DNA of 64,000 bases from Auanema rhodensis (Eukaryota > Animalia > Nematoda). The stretch spans positions 1 through 64,000 of the forward strand of contig CAXKVF010000079.1 in assembly GCA_964057225.1 (NCBI GenBank), given 5' to 3'. Each line of letters starts with the position of its first letter. Position 1 is the stretch's first letter. The translations under genes were made by a program, and so were the position numbers. This document shows, piece by piece, positions 15,180 through 30,129 of this stretch. The notes under the pieces were generated by a model. The model made no database searches, was not told the origin of the DNA, and was given only the letters and a program-made list of their open reading frames with translations.

Positions 15180-17600
15180 GATTCCCCATGTTCATATTAG
15201 TCTAAAAACAAATTTTTATTGATATTGGTTCATGGTAACCATGACTTTGAAATTTACGTGAACTTTAATTTATGCTAATTAAATGTACACGTGATGTGCA
15301 CTTGGTATGTAACTCGCTTCACGTGAAAGATAAAGAGATGCGGTTTTCAAAATTAGATCCCCCATGTTCATATTAGTCTAAAAACAAATTTTTATTGATA
15401 TTGGTTCATGGTAACCATGACTTTGAAATTTACGTGAACTTTAATTTATGCTAATTAAATGTACACGTGATGTGCACTTGGTATGTAACTTGCTTCATGT
15501 GAAAGATAAAGAGATGCGGTTTTCAAAATTAGATTCCCCATGTCCATATTAGTGTAGAAACAAATTTTTATTGATATTGGTTCATGGTAACCATGACTTT
15601 GAAATTTACGTGAACTTTAATTTATGCTAATTAAATGTACACGTGATGTGCACTTGGTATGTAACTCGCTTCACGTGAAAGATAAAGAGATGCGGTTTTC
15701 AAAATTAGATTCCCCATGTCCATATTAGTCTAAAAACAAATTTTTATTGATACTAATTCATGATAACCATGATTTTGAAATTTACGTGAACTTTAATTTA
15801 TGCTATTTAAATGTACACGTGATGTGCACTTAGTATGTACCTCGCTTCACGTGAAAGATGAAGAGATGCGGTTTTCAAAATTAGATTCCCCATGTCCATA
15901 TTAGTCTAAAAACAAATTTTTATTGATATTGGTGCATGGTAACCATGACTTTGAAATTTACGTGAACTTTAATTTATGCTAATTAAATGTACACGTGATG
16001 TGCACTTGGTATGTAACTCGCTTCACGTGAAAGATAAAGAGATGCGGTTTTCAAAATTAGATCCCCCATGTTCATATTAGTCTAAAAACAAATTTTTATT
16101 GATATTGGTTCATGGTAACCATGACTTTGAAATTTACGTGAACTTTAATTTATGCTAATTAAATGTACACGTGATGTGCACTTGGTATGTAACTTGCTTC
16201 ATGTGAAAGATAAAGAGATGCGGTTTTCAAAATTAGATTCCTCATGTCCATATTAGTCTAAAAACAAATTTTTATTGATATTGGTGCATGGTAACCATGA
16301 CTTTGAAATTTACGTGAACTTTAATTTATGCTAATTAAATGTACACGTGATGTGCACTTGGTATGTAACTCGCTTCACGTGAAAGATAAAGAGATGCGGT
16401 TTTCAAAATTAGATTCCCCATGTTCATATTAGTCTAAAAACAAATTTTTATTGATATTGGTTCATGGTAACCATGACTTTGAAATTTACGTGAACTTTAA
16501 TTTATGCTAATTAAATGTACACGTGATGTGCACTTGGTATGTAACTCGCTTCACGTGAAAGATAAAGAGATGCGGTTTTCAAAATTAGATCCCCCATGTT
16601 CATATTAGTCTAAAAACAAATTTTTATTGATATTGGTTCATGGTAACCATGACTTTGAAATTTACGTGAACTTTAATTTATGCTAATTAAATGTACACGT
16701 GATGTGCACTTGGTATGTAACTTGCTTCATGTGAAAGATAAAGAGATGCGGTTTTCAAAATTAGATTCCCCATGTCCATATTAGTGTAGAAACAAATTTT
16801 TATTGATATTGGTTCATGGTAACCATGACTTTGAAATTTACGTGAACTTTAATTTATGCTAATTAAATGTACACGTGATGTGCACTTGGTATGTAACTCG
16901 CTTCACGTGAAAGATAAAGAGATGCGGTTTTCAAAATTAGATTCCCCATGTCCATATTAGTCTAAAAACAAATTTTTATTGATACTAATTCATGATAACC
17001 ATGATTTTGAAATTTACGTGAACTTTAATTTATGCTATTTAAATGTACACGTGATGTGCACTTAGTATGTACCTCGCTTCACGTGAAAGATGAAGAGATG
17101 CGGTTTTCAAAATTAGATTCCCCATGTCCATATTAGTCTAAAAACAAATTTTTATTGATATTGGTGCATGGTAACCATGACTTTGAAATTTACGTGAACT
17201 TTAATTTATGCTAATTAAATGTACACGTGATGTGCACTTGGTATGTAACTCGCTTCACGTGAAAGATAAAGAGATGCGGTTTTCAAAATTAGATCCCCCA
17301 TGTTCATATTAGTCTAAAAACAAATTTTTATTGATATTGGTTCATGGTAACCATGACTTTGAAATTTACGTGAACTTTAATTTATGCTAATTAAATGTAC
17401 ACGTGATGTGCACTTGGTATGTAACTTGCTTCATGTGAAAGATAAAGAGATGCGGTTTTCAAAATTAGATTCCTCATGTCCATATTAGTCTAAAAACAAA
17501 TTTTTATTGATATTGGTGCATGGTAACCATGACTTTGAAATTTACGTGAACTTTAATTTATGCTAATTAAATGTACACGTGATGTGCACTTGGTATGTAA
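15180..17600 (+). repeat. 7-mer (1232-bp) higher-order repeat, 2 copies
   Basis: Private markers AGTGTAGAAA (15551/16783) and TACTAATTCA (15751/16983), plus GCTATTTAA, TTAGTATGTACC and TTCCTCATG, recur at an offset of 1232. Confidence 0.92.
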
Positions 17601-20600
17601 CTCGCTTCACGTGAAAGATAAAGAGATGCGGTTTTCAAAATTAGATTCCCCATGTCCATATTAGTCTAAAAACAAATTTTTATTGATATTGGTTCATGGT
17701 AACCATGACTTTGAAATTTACGTGAACTTTAATTTATGCTAATTAAATATACACGTGATGTGCACTTGGTATGTAACTCTCTTCACGTGAAAGATAAAGA
17801 GATGCGGTTTTCAAAATTAGATTCCCCATGTCCATATTAGTCTAAAAACAAATTTTTATTGATATTGGTTCATGGTAACCATGACTTTGAAATTCACGTG
17901 AACTTTAATTTATGCTAATTAAATGTACACGTGATGTGCACTTGGTATGTAACTCGCTTCACGTGAAAGATAAAGAGATGCGGTTTTCAAAATTAGATTC
18001 CCCATGTCCATATTAGTCTAAAATCAAATTTTTATTGATATTGGTGCATGGTAACCATGACTTTGAAATTTACGTGAACTTTAATTTATGCTAATTAAAT
18101 GTACACGTGATGTGCACTTGGTATGTAACTCGCTTCACGTGAAAGATAAAGAGATGCGGTTTTCAAAATTAGATTCCCCATGTTCATATTAGTCTAAAAA
18201 CAAATTTTTATTGATATTGGTTCATGGTAACCATGACTTTGAAATTTACGTGAACTTTAATTTATGCTAATTAAATGTACACGTGATGTGCACTTGGTAT
18301 GTAACTCGCTTCACGTGAAAGATAAAGAGATGCGGTTTTCAAAATTAGATTCCCCATGTCCATATTAGTCTAAAAACAAATTTTTATTGATATTGGTTCA
18401 TGGTAACCATGACTTTGAAATTTACGTGAACTTTAATTTATGCTAATTAAATATACACGTGATGTGCACTTGGTATGTAACTCTCTTCACGTGAAAGATA
18501 AAGAGATGCGGTTTTCAAAATTAGATTCCCCATGTCCATATTAGTCTAAAAACAAATTTTTATTGATATTGGTGCATGGTAACCATGACTTTGAAATTTA
18601 CGTGAACTTTAATTTATGCTAATTAAATGTACACGTGATGTGCACTTGGTATGTAACTCGCTTCACGTGAAAGATAAAGAGATGCGGTTTTCAAAATTAG
18701 ATTCCCCATGTCCATATTAGTCTAAAAACAAATTTTTATTGATATTGGTGCATGGTAACCATGACTTTGAAATTTACGTGAACTTTAATTTATGCTAATT
18801 AAATGTACACGTGATGTGCACTTGGTATGTAACTCGCTTCACGTGAAAGATAAAGAGATGCGGTTTTCAAAATTAGATTCCCCATGTCCATATTAGTCTA
18901 AAAACAAATTTTTATTGATATTGGTGCATGGTAACCATGACTTTGAAATTTACGTGAACTTTAATTTATGCTAATTAAATGTACACGTGATGTGCACTTG
19001 GTATGTAACTCGCTTCACGTGAAAGATAAAGAGATGCGGTTTTCAAAATTAGATTCCCCATGTCCATATTAGTCTAAAAACAAATTTTTATTGATATTGG
19101 TGCATGGTAACCATGACTTTGAAATTTACGTGAACTTTAATTTATGCTAATTAAATGTACACGTGATGTGCACTTGGTATGTAACTCGCTTCACGTGAAA
19201 GATAAAGAGATGCGGTTTTCAAAATTAGATTCCCCATGTTCATATTAGTCTAAAAACAAATTTTTATTGATATTGGTTCATGGTAACCATGACTTTGAAA
19301 TTTACGTGAACTTTAATTTATGCTAATTAAATGTACACGTGATGTGCACTTGGTATGTAACTCGCTTCACGTGAAAGATAAAGAGATGCGGTTTTCAAAA
19401 TTAGATTCCCCATGTCCATATTAGTCTAAAAACAAATTTTTATTGATATTGGTTCATGGTAACCATGACTTTGAAATTTACGTGAACTTTAATTTATGCT
19501 AATTAAATATACACGTGATGTGCACTTGGTATGTAACTCTCTTCACGTGAAAGATAAAGAGATGCGGTTTTCAAAATTAGATTCCCCATGTCCATATTAG
19601 TCTAAAAACAAATTTTTATTGATATTGGTTCATGGTAACCATGACTTTGAAATTCACGTGAACTTTAATTTATGCTAATTAAATGTACACGTGATGGGCA
19701 CTTGGTATGTAACTCGCTTCACGTGAAAGATAAAGAGATGCGGTTTTCAAAATTAGATTCCCCATGTCCATATTAGTCTAAAATCAAATTTTTATTGATA
19801 TTGGTGCATGGTAACCATGACTTTGAAATTTACGTGAACTTTAATTTATGCTAATTAAATGTACACGTGATGTGCACTTGGTATGTAACTCGCTTCACGT
19901 GAAAGATAAAGAGATGCGGTTTTCAAAATTAGATTCCCCATGTTCATATTAGTCTAAAAACAAATTTTTATTGATATTGGTTCATGGTAACCATGACTTT
20001 GAAATTTACGTGAACTTTAATTTATGCTAATTAAATGTACACGTGATGTGCACTTGGTATGTAACTCGCTTCACGTGAAAGATAAAGAGATGCGGTTTTC
20101 AAAATTAGATTCCCCATGTCCATATTAGTCTAAAAACAAATTTTTATTGATATTGGTTCATGGTAACCATGACTTTGAAATTTACGTGAACTTTAATTTA
20201 TGCTAATTAAATATACACGTGATGTGCACTTGGTATGTAACTCTCTTCACGTGAAAGATAAAGAGATGCGGTTTTCAAAATTAGATTCCCCATGTCCATA
20301 TTAGTCTAAAAACAAATTTTTATTGATATTGGTGCATGGTAACCATGACTTTGAAATTTACGTGAACTTTAATTTATGCTAATTAAATGTACACGTGATG
20401 TGCACTTGGTATGTAACTCGCTTCACGTGAAAGATAAAGAGATGCGGTTTTCAAAATTAGATTCCCCATGTCCATATTAGTCTAAAAACAAATTTTTATT
20501 GATATTGGTGCATGGTAACCATGACTTTGAAATTTACGTGAACTTTAATTTATGCTAATTAAATGAACACGTGATGTGCACTTGGTATGTAACTCGCTTC

Positions 20601-20950
20601 ACGTGAAAGATAAAGAGATGCGGTTTTCAAAATTAGATTCCCCATGTCCATATTAGTCTAAAAACAAATTTTTATTGATATTGGTGCATGGTAACCATGA
20701 CTTTGAAATTTACGTGAACTTTAATTTATGCTAATTAAATGTACACGTGATGTGCACTTGGTATGTAACTCGCTTCACGTGAAAGATAAAGAGATGCGGT
20801 TTTCAAAATTAGATTCCCCATGTCCATATTAGTCTAAAAACAAATTTTTATTGATATTGGTGCATGGTAACCATGACTTTGAAATTTACGTGAACTTTAA
20901 TTTATGCTAATTAAATGTACACGTGATGTGCACTTGGTATGTAACTCGCT
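17600..20950 (+). repeat. 10-mer (1760-bp) higher-order repeat, ~2 copies
   Basis: AATATACAC+AACTCTCTT marker at 17749/19509 and 18453/20213; ATTCACGTG marker at 17895/19655. Confidence 0.9.
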
Positions 20951-23900
20951 TCACGTGAAAGATAAAGAGATGCGGTTTTTAAAATTAGATTCCCCATGTC
21001 CATATTAGTCTAAAAACAAATTTTTATTGATATTGGTTCATGGTAACCATGACTTTGAAATTTACGTGAACTTTAATTTATGCTAATTAAATGTACACGT
21101 GATGTGCACTTGGTATGTAACTCGCTTCACGTGAAAGATAAAGAGATGCGGTTTTCAAAATTAGATTCCCCATGTCCATATTAGTCTAAAAACAAATTTT
21201 TATTGATATTGGTTCATGGTAACCATGACTTTGAAATTTACGTGAACTTTAATTTATGCTAATTAAATGTACACGTGATGTGCACTTGGTATGTAACTCG
21301 CTTCACGTGAAAGATAAAGAGATGCGGTTTTCAAAATTAGATTCCCCATGTCCATATTAGTCTAAAAACAAATTTTTATTGATATTAATTCATGATAACC
21401 ATGACTTTGAAATTTACGTGAACTTTAATTTATGCTAATTAAATGTACACGTGATGTGCACTTGGTATGTAACTCGCTTCACGTGAAAGATAAAGAGATG
21501 CGGTTTTCAAAGCTAGATTCCCCATGTCCATATTAGTCTAAAAACAAATTTTTATTGATATTGGTGCATGGTAACCATGACTTTGAAATTTACGTGAACT
21601 TTAATTTATGCTAATTAAATGTACACGTGATGTGCACTTGGTATGTAACTCGCTTCACGTGAAAGATAAAGAGATGCGGTTTTCAAAATTAGATTCCCCA
21701 TGTCCATATTAGTCTAAAAACAAATTTTTATTGATATTGGTGCATGGTAACCATGACTTTGAAATTTACGTGAACTTTAATTTATGCTAATTAAATGTAC
21801 ACGTGATGTGCACTTGGTATGTAACTCGCTTCACGTGAAAGATAAAGAGATGCGGTTTTCAAAATTAGATTCCCCATGTCCATATTAGTCTAAAAACAAA
21901 TTTTTATTGATATTGGTTCATGGTAACCATGACTTTGAAATTTACGTGAACTTTAATTTATGCTAATTAAATGTACACGTGATGTGCACTTGGTATGTCA
22001 CTCGCTTCACGTGAAAGATAAAGAGATGCGGTTTTCAAAATTAGATTCTTCATGTCCATATTAGTCTAAAAACAAATTTTTATTGATATTGGTTCATGAT
22101 AACCATGACTTTGAAATTTACGTGAACTTTAATTTATGCTAATTAAATGTACACGTGATGTGCACTTGGTATGTAACTCGCTTCACGTGAAAGATAAAGA
22201 GATGCGGTTTTCAAAATTAGAATCCCCATGTCCATATTAGTCTAAAAACAAATTTTTATTGATATTAATTCATGATAACCATGATTTTGAAATTTACGTG
22301 AACTTTAATTTATGCTAATTAAATGTACACGTGATGTGCACTTAGTATGTAACTCGCTTCACGTGAAAGATAAAGAGATGCGGTTTTCAAAATTAGATTC
22401 CCCATGTCCATATTAGTCTAAAAACAAATTTTTATTGATATTGGTGCATGGTAACCATGACTTTGAAATTTACGTGAACTTTAATTTATGCTAATTAAAT
22501 GTACACGTGATGTGCACTTGGTATGTAACTCGCTTCACGTGAAAGATAAAGAGATGCGGTTTTCAAAATTAGATTCCCCATGTCCATATTAGTCTAAAAA
22601 CAAATTTTTATTGATATTGGTTCATGGTAACCATGACTTTGAAATTTACGTGAACTTTAATTTATGCTAATTAAATGTACACGTTATGTGCACTTGGTAT
22701 GTAACTCGCTTCACGTGAAAGATAAAGAGATGCGGTTTTCAAAATTAGATTCCCCATGTCCATATTAGTCTAAAAACAAATTTTTATTGATATTGGTTCA
22801 TGATAACCATGACTTTGAAATTTACGTGAACTTTAATTTATGCTAATTAAATGTACACGTGATGTGCACTTGGTATGTAACTCGCTTCACGTGAAAGATA
22901 AAGAGATGCGGTTTTCAAAATTAGAATCCCCATGTCCATATTAGTCTAAAAACAAATTTTTATTGATATTAATTCATGATAACCATGATTTTGAAATTTA
23001 CGTGAACTTTAATTTATGCTAATTAAATGTACACGTGATGTGCACTTGGTATGTAACTCGCTTCACGTGAAAGATAAAGAGATGCGGTTTTCAAAATTAG
23101 ATTCCCCATGTCCATATTAGTCTAAAAACAAATTTTTATTGATATTGGTTCATGGTAACCATGACTTTGAAATTTACGTGAACTTTAATTTATGCTAATT
23201 AAATGTACACGTGATGTGCACTTGGTATGTAACTCGCTTCACGTGAAAGATAAAGAGATGCGGTTTTCAAAATTAGATTCCCCATGTCCATATTAGTCTA
23301 AAAACAAATTTTTATTGATATTGGTTCATGGTAACCATGACTTTGAAATTTACGTGAACTTTAATTTATGCTAATTAAATGTACACGTGATGTGCACTTG
23401 GTATGTAACTCGCTTCACGTGAAAGATAAAGAGATGCGGTTTTCAAAATTAGATTCCCCATGTCCATATTAGTCTAAAAACAAATTTTTATTGATATTGG
23501 TTCATGGTAACCATGACTTTGAAATTTACGTGAACTATAATTTATGCTAATTAAATGTACACGTGATGTGCACTTGGTATGTAACTCGCTTCACGTGAAA
23601 GATAAAGAGATGCGGTTTTCAAAATTAGAATCCCCATGTCCATATTAGTCTAAAAACAAATTTTTATTGATATTAATTCATGATAACCATGATTTTGAAA
23701 TTTACGTGAACTTTAATTTATGCTAATTAAATGTACACGTGATGTGCACTTGGTATGTAACTCGCTTCACGTGAAAGATGAAGAGATGCGGTTTTCAAAA
23801 TTAGATTCCCCATGTCCATATTAGTCTAAAAACAAATTTTTATTGATATTGGTTCATGGTAACCATGACTTTGAAATTTACGTGAACTTTAATTTATGCT

Positions 23901-26900
23901 AATTAAATGTACACGTGATGTGCACTTGGTATGTAACTCGCTTCACGTGAAAGATAAAGAGATGCGGTTTTCAAAATTAGATTCCCCATGTCCATATTAG
24001 TCTAAAAACAAATTTTTATTGATATTGGTTCATGGTAACCATGACTTTGAAATTTACGTGAACTTTAATTTATGCTAATTAAATGTACACGTGATGTGCA
24101 CTTGGTATGTAACTCGCTTCACGTGAAAGATAAAGAGATGCGGTTTTCAAAATTAGAATCCCCATGTCCATATTAGTCTAAAAACAAATTTTTATTGATA
24201 TTAATTCATGATAACCATGATTTTGAAATTTACGTGAACTTTAATTTATGCTAATTAAATGTACACGTGATGTGCACTTGGTATGTAACTCGCTTCACGT
24301 GAAAGATAAAGAGATGCGGTTTTCAAAATTAGATTCCCCATGTCCATATTAGTCTAAAAACAAATTTTTATTGATATTGGTTCATGGTAACCATGACTTT
24401 GAAATTTACGTGAACTTTAATTTATGCTAATTAAATGTACACGTGATGTGCACTTGGTATGTAACTCGCTTCACGTGAAAGATAAAGAGATGCGGTTTTC
24501 AAAATTAGATTCCCCATGTCCATATTAGTCTAAAAACAAATTTTCATTGATATTGGTTCATGGTAACCATGACTTTGAAATTTACGTGAACTTTAATTTA
24601 TGCTAATTAAATGTACACGTGATGTGCACTTGGTATGTAACTCGCTTCACGTGAAAGATAAAGAGATGCGGTTTTCAAAATTAGATTCCCCATGTTCATA
24701 TTAGTCTAAAAACAAATTTTTATTGATATTGGTTCATGGTAACCATGACTTTGAAATTTACGTGAACTTTAATTTATGCTAATTAAATGTACACGTGATG
24801 TGCACTTGGTATGTAACTCACTTCACGTGAAAGATATAGAGATGCGGTTTTCAAAATTAGATTCCCCATGTCCATATTAGTCTAAAAATAAATTTTTATT
24901 GATATTGGTTCATGGTAACCATGACTTTGAAATTTACGTGAACTTTAATTTATGCTAATTAAATGTACACGTGATGTGCACTTGGTATGTAACTCGCTTC
25001 ACGTGAAAGATATAGAGATGCGGTTTTCAAAATTAGATTTCCCATGTCCATATTAGTCTAAAAACAAATTTTTATTGATATTGGTTCATGGTAACCATGA
25101 CTTTGAAATTTACGTGAACTTTAATTTATGCTAATTAAATGTACACGTGATGTGCACTTGGTATGTAACTCGCTTCACGTGAAAGATAAAGAGATGCGGT
25201 TTTCAAAATTAGATTCCCCATGTCCATATTAGTCTAAAAACAAATTTTTATTGATATTGGTTCATGGTAACCATGACTTTGAAATTTACGTGAACTTTAA
25301 TTTATGCTAATTAAATGTACACGTGATGTGCACTTGGTATGTAACTCGCTTCACGTGAAAGATAAAGAGATGCGGTTCTCAAAATTAGAATCCCCATGTC
25401 CATATTAGTCTAAAAACAAATTTTTATTGATATTAATTCATGATAACCATGATTTTGAAATTTACGTGAACTTTAATTTATGCTAATTAAATGTACACGT
25501 GATGTGCACTTGGTATGTAACTCGCTTCACGTGAAAGATAAAGAGATGCGGTTTTCAAAATTAGATTCCCCATGTCCATATTAGTCTAAAAACAAATTTT
25601 TATTGATATTAATTCATGATAACCATGATTTTGAAATTTACGTGAACTTTAATTTATGCTAATTAAATGTACACGTGATGTGCACTTGGTATGTAACTCG
25701 CTTCACGTGAAAGATAAAGAGATGCGGTTTTCAAAATTAGATTCCCCATGTCCATATTATTCTAAAAACAAATTTTTATTGATATTAATTCATGATAACC
25801 ATGATTTTGAAATTTACGTGAACTTTAATTTATGCTAATTAAATGTACACGTGATGTGCACTTGGTATGTAACTCGCTTCACGTGAAAGATAAAGAGATG
25901 CGGTTTTCAAAATTAGATTCCCCATGTCCATATTAGTCTAAAAACAAATTTTTATTGATATTGGTGCATGGTAACCATGATTTTGAAATTTACGTGAACT
26001 TTAATTTATGCTAATTAAATGTACACGTGATGTGCACTTTGTATGTAACTCGCTTCACGTGAAAGATAAAGAGATGCGGTTTTCAAAATTAGATTCCCCA
26101 TGTCCATATTAGTCTAAAAACAAATTTTTATTGATATTGGTTCATGGTAACCATGACTTTGAAATTTACGTGAACTTTAATTTATGCTAATTAAATGTAC
26201 ACGTGATGTGCACTTGGTATGTAACTCCCTTCACGTGAAAGATAAAGAGATGCGGTTTTCAAAATTAGATTCCCCATGTCCATATTAGTCTAAAAACAAA
26301 TTTTTATTGATATTGGTTCATGGTAACCATGATTTTGAAATTTACGTGAACTTTAATTTATGCTAATTAAATGTACACGTGATGTGGACTTGGTATGTAA
26401 CTCGCTTCACGTGAAAGATAAAGAGATGCGGTTTTCAAAATTAGATTCCCCATGTTCATATTAGTCTAAAAACAAATTTTTATTGATATTGGTTCATGGT
26501 AACCATGATTTTGAAATTTACGTGAACTTTAATTTATGCTAATTAAATGTACACGTGATGTGCACTTGGTATGTAACTCGCTTCACGTGAAAGATAAAGA
26601 GATGCGGTTTTCAAAATTAGATTCCCCATGTCCATATTAGTCTAAAAACAAATTTTTATTGATATTGGTTCATGGTAACCATGACTTTGAAATTTACGTG
26701 AACTTTAATTTATGCTAATTAAATGTACACGTGATGTGCACTTGGTATGTAACTCGCTTCACGTGAAAGATAAAGAGATGCGGTTTTCAAAATTAGATTC
26801 CCCATGTTCATATTAGTCTAAAAACAAATTTTTATTGATATTGGTGCATGGTAACCATGACTTTGAAATTTACGTGAACTTTAATTTATGCTAATTAAAT

Positions 26901-29900
26901 GTACACGTGATGTGCACTTGGTATGTAACTCACTTCACGTGAAAGATAAAGAGATGCGGTTTTCAAAATTAGATTCCCCATGTCCATATTAGTCTAAAAA
27001 CAAATTTTTATTGATATTGGTTCATGGTAACCATGACTTTGAAATTTACGTGAACTTTAATTTATGCTAATTAAATGTACACGTGATGTGCACTTGGTAT
27101 GTAACTCGCTTCACGTGAAAGATATAGAGATGCGGTTTTCAAAATTAGATTCCCCATGTCCATATTAGTCTAAAAACAAATTTTTATTGATATTGGTTCA
27201 TGGTAACCATGACTTTGAAATTTACGTGAACTTTAATTTATGCTAATTAAATGTACACGTGATGTGCACTTGGTATGTAACTCGCTTCACGTGAAAGATA
27301 TAGAGATGCGGTTTTTAAAATTAGATTCCCCATGTCCATATTAGTCTAAAAACAAATTTTTATTGATATTGGTTCATGGTAACCATGACTTTGAAATTTA
27401 CGTGAACTTTAATTTATGCTAATTAAATGTACACGTGATGTGCACTTGGTATGTAACTCGCTTCACGTGAAAGATAAAGAGATGCGGTTTTCAAAATTAG
27501 ATTCCCCATGTCCATATTAGTCTAAAAACAAATTTTTATTGATATTGGTTCATGGTAACCATGACTTTGAAATTTACGTGAACTTTAATTTATGCTAATT
27601 AAATGTACACGTGATGTGCACTTGGTATGTAACTCGCTTCACGTGAAAGATAAAGAGATGCGGTTTTCAAAATTAGAATCCCCATGTCCATATTAGTCTA
27701 AAAACAAATTTTTATTGATATTAATTCATGATAACCATGATTTTGAAATTTACGTGAACTTTAATTTATGCTAATTAAATGTACACGTGATGTGCACTTG
27801 GTATGTAACTCGCTTCACGTGAAAGATAAAGAGATGCGGTTTTCAAAATTAGATTCCCCATGTCCATATTAGTCTAAAAACAAATTTTTATTGATATTGG
27901 TTCATGGTAACCATGACTTTGAAATTTACGTGAACTTTAATTTATGCTAATTAAATGTACACGTGATGTGCACTTGGTATGTAACTCGCTTCACGTGAAA
28001 GATAAAGAGATGCGGTTTTCAAAATTAGAATCCCCATGTCCATATTAGTCTAAAAACAAATTTTTATTGATATTAATTCATGATAACCATGATTTTGAAA
28101 TTTACGTGAACTTTAATTTATGCTAATTAAATGTACACGTGATGTGCACTTGGTATGTAACTCGCTTCACGTGAAAGATAAAGAGATGCGGTTTTCAAAA
28201 TTAGATTCCCCATGTCCATATTAGTCTAAAAACAAATTTTTATTGATATTGGTGCATGGTAACCATGACTTTGAAATTTACGTGAACTTTAATTTATGCT
28301 AATTAAATGTACACGTGATGTGCACTTGGTATGTAACTCGCTTCACGTGAAAGATAAAGAGATGCGGTTTTCAAAATTAGAATCCCCATGTCCATATTAG
28401 TCTAAAAACAAATTTTTATTGATATTAATTCATGATAACCATGATTTTGAAATTTACGTGAACTTTAATTTATGCTAATTAAATGTACACGTGATGTGCA
28501 CTTGGTATGTAACTCGCTTCACGTGAAAGATAAAGAGATGCGGTTTTCAAAATTAGATTCTTCATGTCCATATTAGTCTAAAAACAAATTTTTATTGATA
28601 TTGGTGCATGGTAACCATGACTTTGAAATTTACGTGAACTTTAATTTATGCTAATTAAATGTACACGTGATGTGCACTTGGTATGTAACTCGCTTCACGT
28701 GAAAGATAAAGAGATGCGGTTTTCAAAATTAGATTCCCCATGTCCATATTAGTCTAAAAACAAATTTTTATTGATATTGGTTCATGGTAACCATGACTTT
28801 GAAATTTACGTGAACTTTAATTTATGCTAATTAAATGTACACGTGATGTGCACTTGGTATGTAACTCGCTTCACGTGAAAGATAAAGAGATGCGGTTTTC
28901 AAAATTAGATTCCCCATGTCCATATTAGTCTAAAAACAAATTTTTATTGATATTGGTTCATGGTAACCATGATTTTGAAATTTACGTGAACTTTAATTTA
29001 TGCTAATTAAATGTACACGTGATGTGCACTTGGTATGTAACTCGCTTCACGTGAAAGATAAAGAGATGCGGTTTTCAAAATTAGATTCCCCATGTCCATA
29101 TTAGTCTAAAAACAAATTTTTATTGATATTGGTTCATGGTAACCATGACTTTGAAATTTACGTGAACTTTAATTTATGCTAATTAAATGTACACGTGATG
29201 TGCACTTGGTATGTAACTCGCTTCACGTGAAAGATAAAGAGATGCGGTTTTCAAAATTAGATTCCCCATGTCCATATTAGTCTAAAAACAAATTTTTATT
29301 GATATTGGTGCATGGTAACCATGACTTTGAAATTTACGTGAACTTTAATTTATGCTAATTAAATGTACACGTGATGTGCACTTGGTATGTAACTCGCTTC
29401 ACGTGAAAGATAAAGAGATGCGGTTTTTAAAATTAGATTCCCCATGTTCATATTAGTCTAAAAACAAATTTTTATTGATATTGGTTCATGGTAACCATGA
29501 TTTTGAAATTTACGTGAACTTTAATTTATGCTAATTAAATGTACACGTGATGTGCACTTGGTATGTAACTCGCTTCACGTGAAAGATAAAGAGATGCGGT
29601 TTTTAAAATTAGATTCCCCATGTTCATATTAGTCTAAAAACAAATTTTTATTGATATTGGTTCATGGTAACCATGACTTTGAAATTTACGTGAACTTTAA
29701 TTTATGCTAATTAAATGTACACGTGATGTGCACTTGGTATGTAACTCGCTTCACGTGAAAGATAAAGAGATGCGGTTTTCAAAATTAGATTCCCCATGTC
29801 CATATTAGTCTAAAAACAAATTTTTATTGATATTGGTTCATGGTAACCATGACTTTGAAATTTACGTGAACTTTAATTTATGCTAATTAAATGTACACGT

Positions 29901-30129
29901 GATGTGCACTTGGTATGTAACTCGCTTCACGTGAAAGATAAAGAGATGCGGTTTTCAAAATTAGAATCCCCATGTCCATATTAGTCTAAAAACAAATTTT
30001 TATTGATATTAATTCATGATAACCATGATTTTGAAATTTACGTGAACTTTAATTTATGCTAATTAAATGTACACGTGATGTGCACTTGGTATGTAACTCG
30101 CTTCACGTGAAAGATAAAGAGATGCGGTT

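Noticed and set aside
25656-25838. 60-aa ORF MLIKCTRDVH...NFNLC
   Set aside because: It arises from a single G>T at 25760 (TAG>TAT) in one monomer. All other copies stop after 34 codons, 176 is not a multiple of 3, and there is no recognisable domain. Runs of 34 and 25 open codons are unremarkable by chance.
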